From an archaeon (GTDB lineage: Archaea; Iainarchaeota; Iainarchaeia; Iainarchaeales; CSSED10-239), in assembly GCA_035390665.1 (NCBI GenBank), contig DAOOUC010000014.1, positions 1 through 14,435 on the forward strand: a DNA stretch of 14,435 nucleotides. The letters are read 5' to 3'. Below are positions 14,190 to 14,435 of the stretch, piece after piece. The translations under genes were made by a program, and so were the position numbers. Numbering within the stretch: position 1 is the stretch's first letter; every line of letters begins with the position of its first letter. The notes under the pieces were generated by a model, which worked only from the letters and a program-made list of their open reading frames with translations, was not told the origin of the DNA and did not search any database.

Positions 14190-14435
14190 ATGAAACTTAT
14201 TCTTACAAGACATGGGCTTACAATAGAAAATACAGAAGGCCGAGTGCAAGGCCACAATCCAGGAACATTACATGAAAAAGGGATAGAGCAAGCACAGAAA
14301 CTAGGGACTAGATTTAAAGATGATAAGTTTAATATAATATATTCTAGCGACCTTAAAAGAGCAAGTGATACTGCATATCAAATACATTTACATCATCCAG
14401 AAGTGCCAATAGTATTTACTGAAAAATTAAGAGAA
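14190..14435 (+). CDS. Histidine-phosphatase superfamily protein (cofactor-dependent phosphoglycerate-mutase-like); 3' end off window
   Basis: Not in the ORF track because it is open at the window edge. It reads MKLILTRHGLTIENTEGRVQGHNPGTLHEKGIEQAQKLG...IIYSSDLKRASDTA. RHGxTxxN and SSDLxRAxxTA are family signatures. Confidence 0.75.
   Translation, partial: MKLILTRHGLTIENTEGRVQGHNPGTLHEKGIEQAQKLGTRFKDDKFNIIYSSDLKRASDTAYQIHLHHPEVPIVFTEKLRE

Noticed and set aside
1-14435. An alternative genetic code (for example UGA reassignment, as in some CPR lineages).
   Set aside because: All recognisable genes (uvrC, rbcL, Fic, HD, Nudix, ATPase) read through intact with the standard code. They end at TAA, TAG or TGA where homologues are expected to end.

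Overview
This is an AT-rich, gene-dense fragment typical of a reduced-genome uncultivated prokaryote. A DPANN-type archaeon seems more likely than a CPR bacterium. It carries a form II/III RuBisCO, and many ATGs have a TATA-like box centred about 25-28 nt upstream, which fits leaderless archaeal transcripts. That assignment is inference only. Right third (10.4-14.4 kb): an HD (COG1078/SAMHD1-like) phosphohydrolase and a tandem-Nudix protein are transcribed divergently from RuBisCO. RuBisCO is followed by a tightly coupled 134-aa unknown and a histidine-phosphatase (PGM-family) gene. Left two thirds: accessory-type genes. These are a wHTH regulator, a DUF45/YgjP-like metallohydrolase, an AAA+ ATPase, a decayed second DUF45 copy, an HExxH protein, an ORF6N/PLD-like fusion, a Fic enzyme, a possible kinase-like protein and a nucleotidyltransferase-fold protein. 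A core uvrC sits among them. The most unusual content is non-coding. Family A is a ~90-bp element with an invariant C7 core, present in 4 copies that each point at a gene start, and two copies bracket one gene. Family B is a 46-nt element built from 33-nt units, present in 2 copies. Family C is a set of GC-rich ~30-nt modules that have replaced defined segments of the DUF45 paralogue and also sit beside a family-A copy. No rRNA, tRNA, CRISPR array, transposase, integrase or reverse transcriptase was recognised. All protein calls rest on motif recognition by eye, not database searches.
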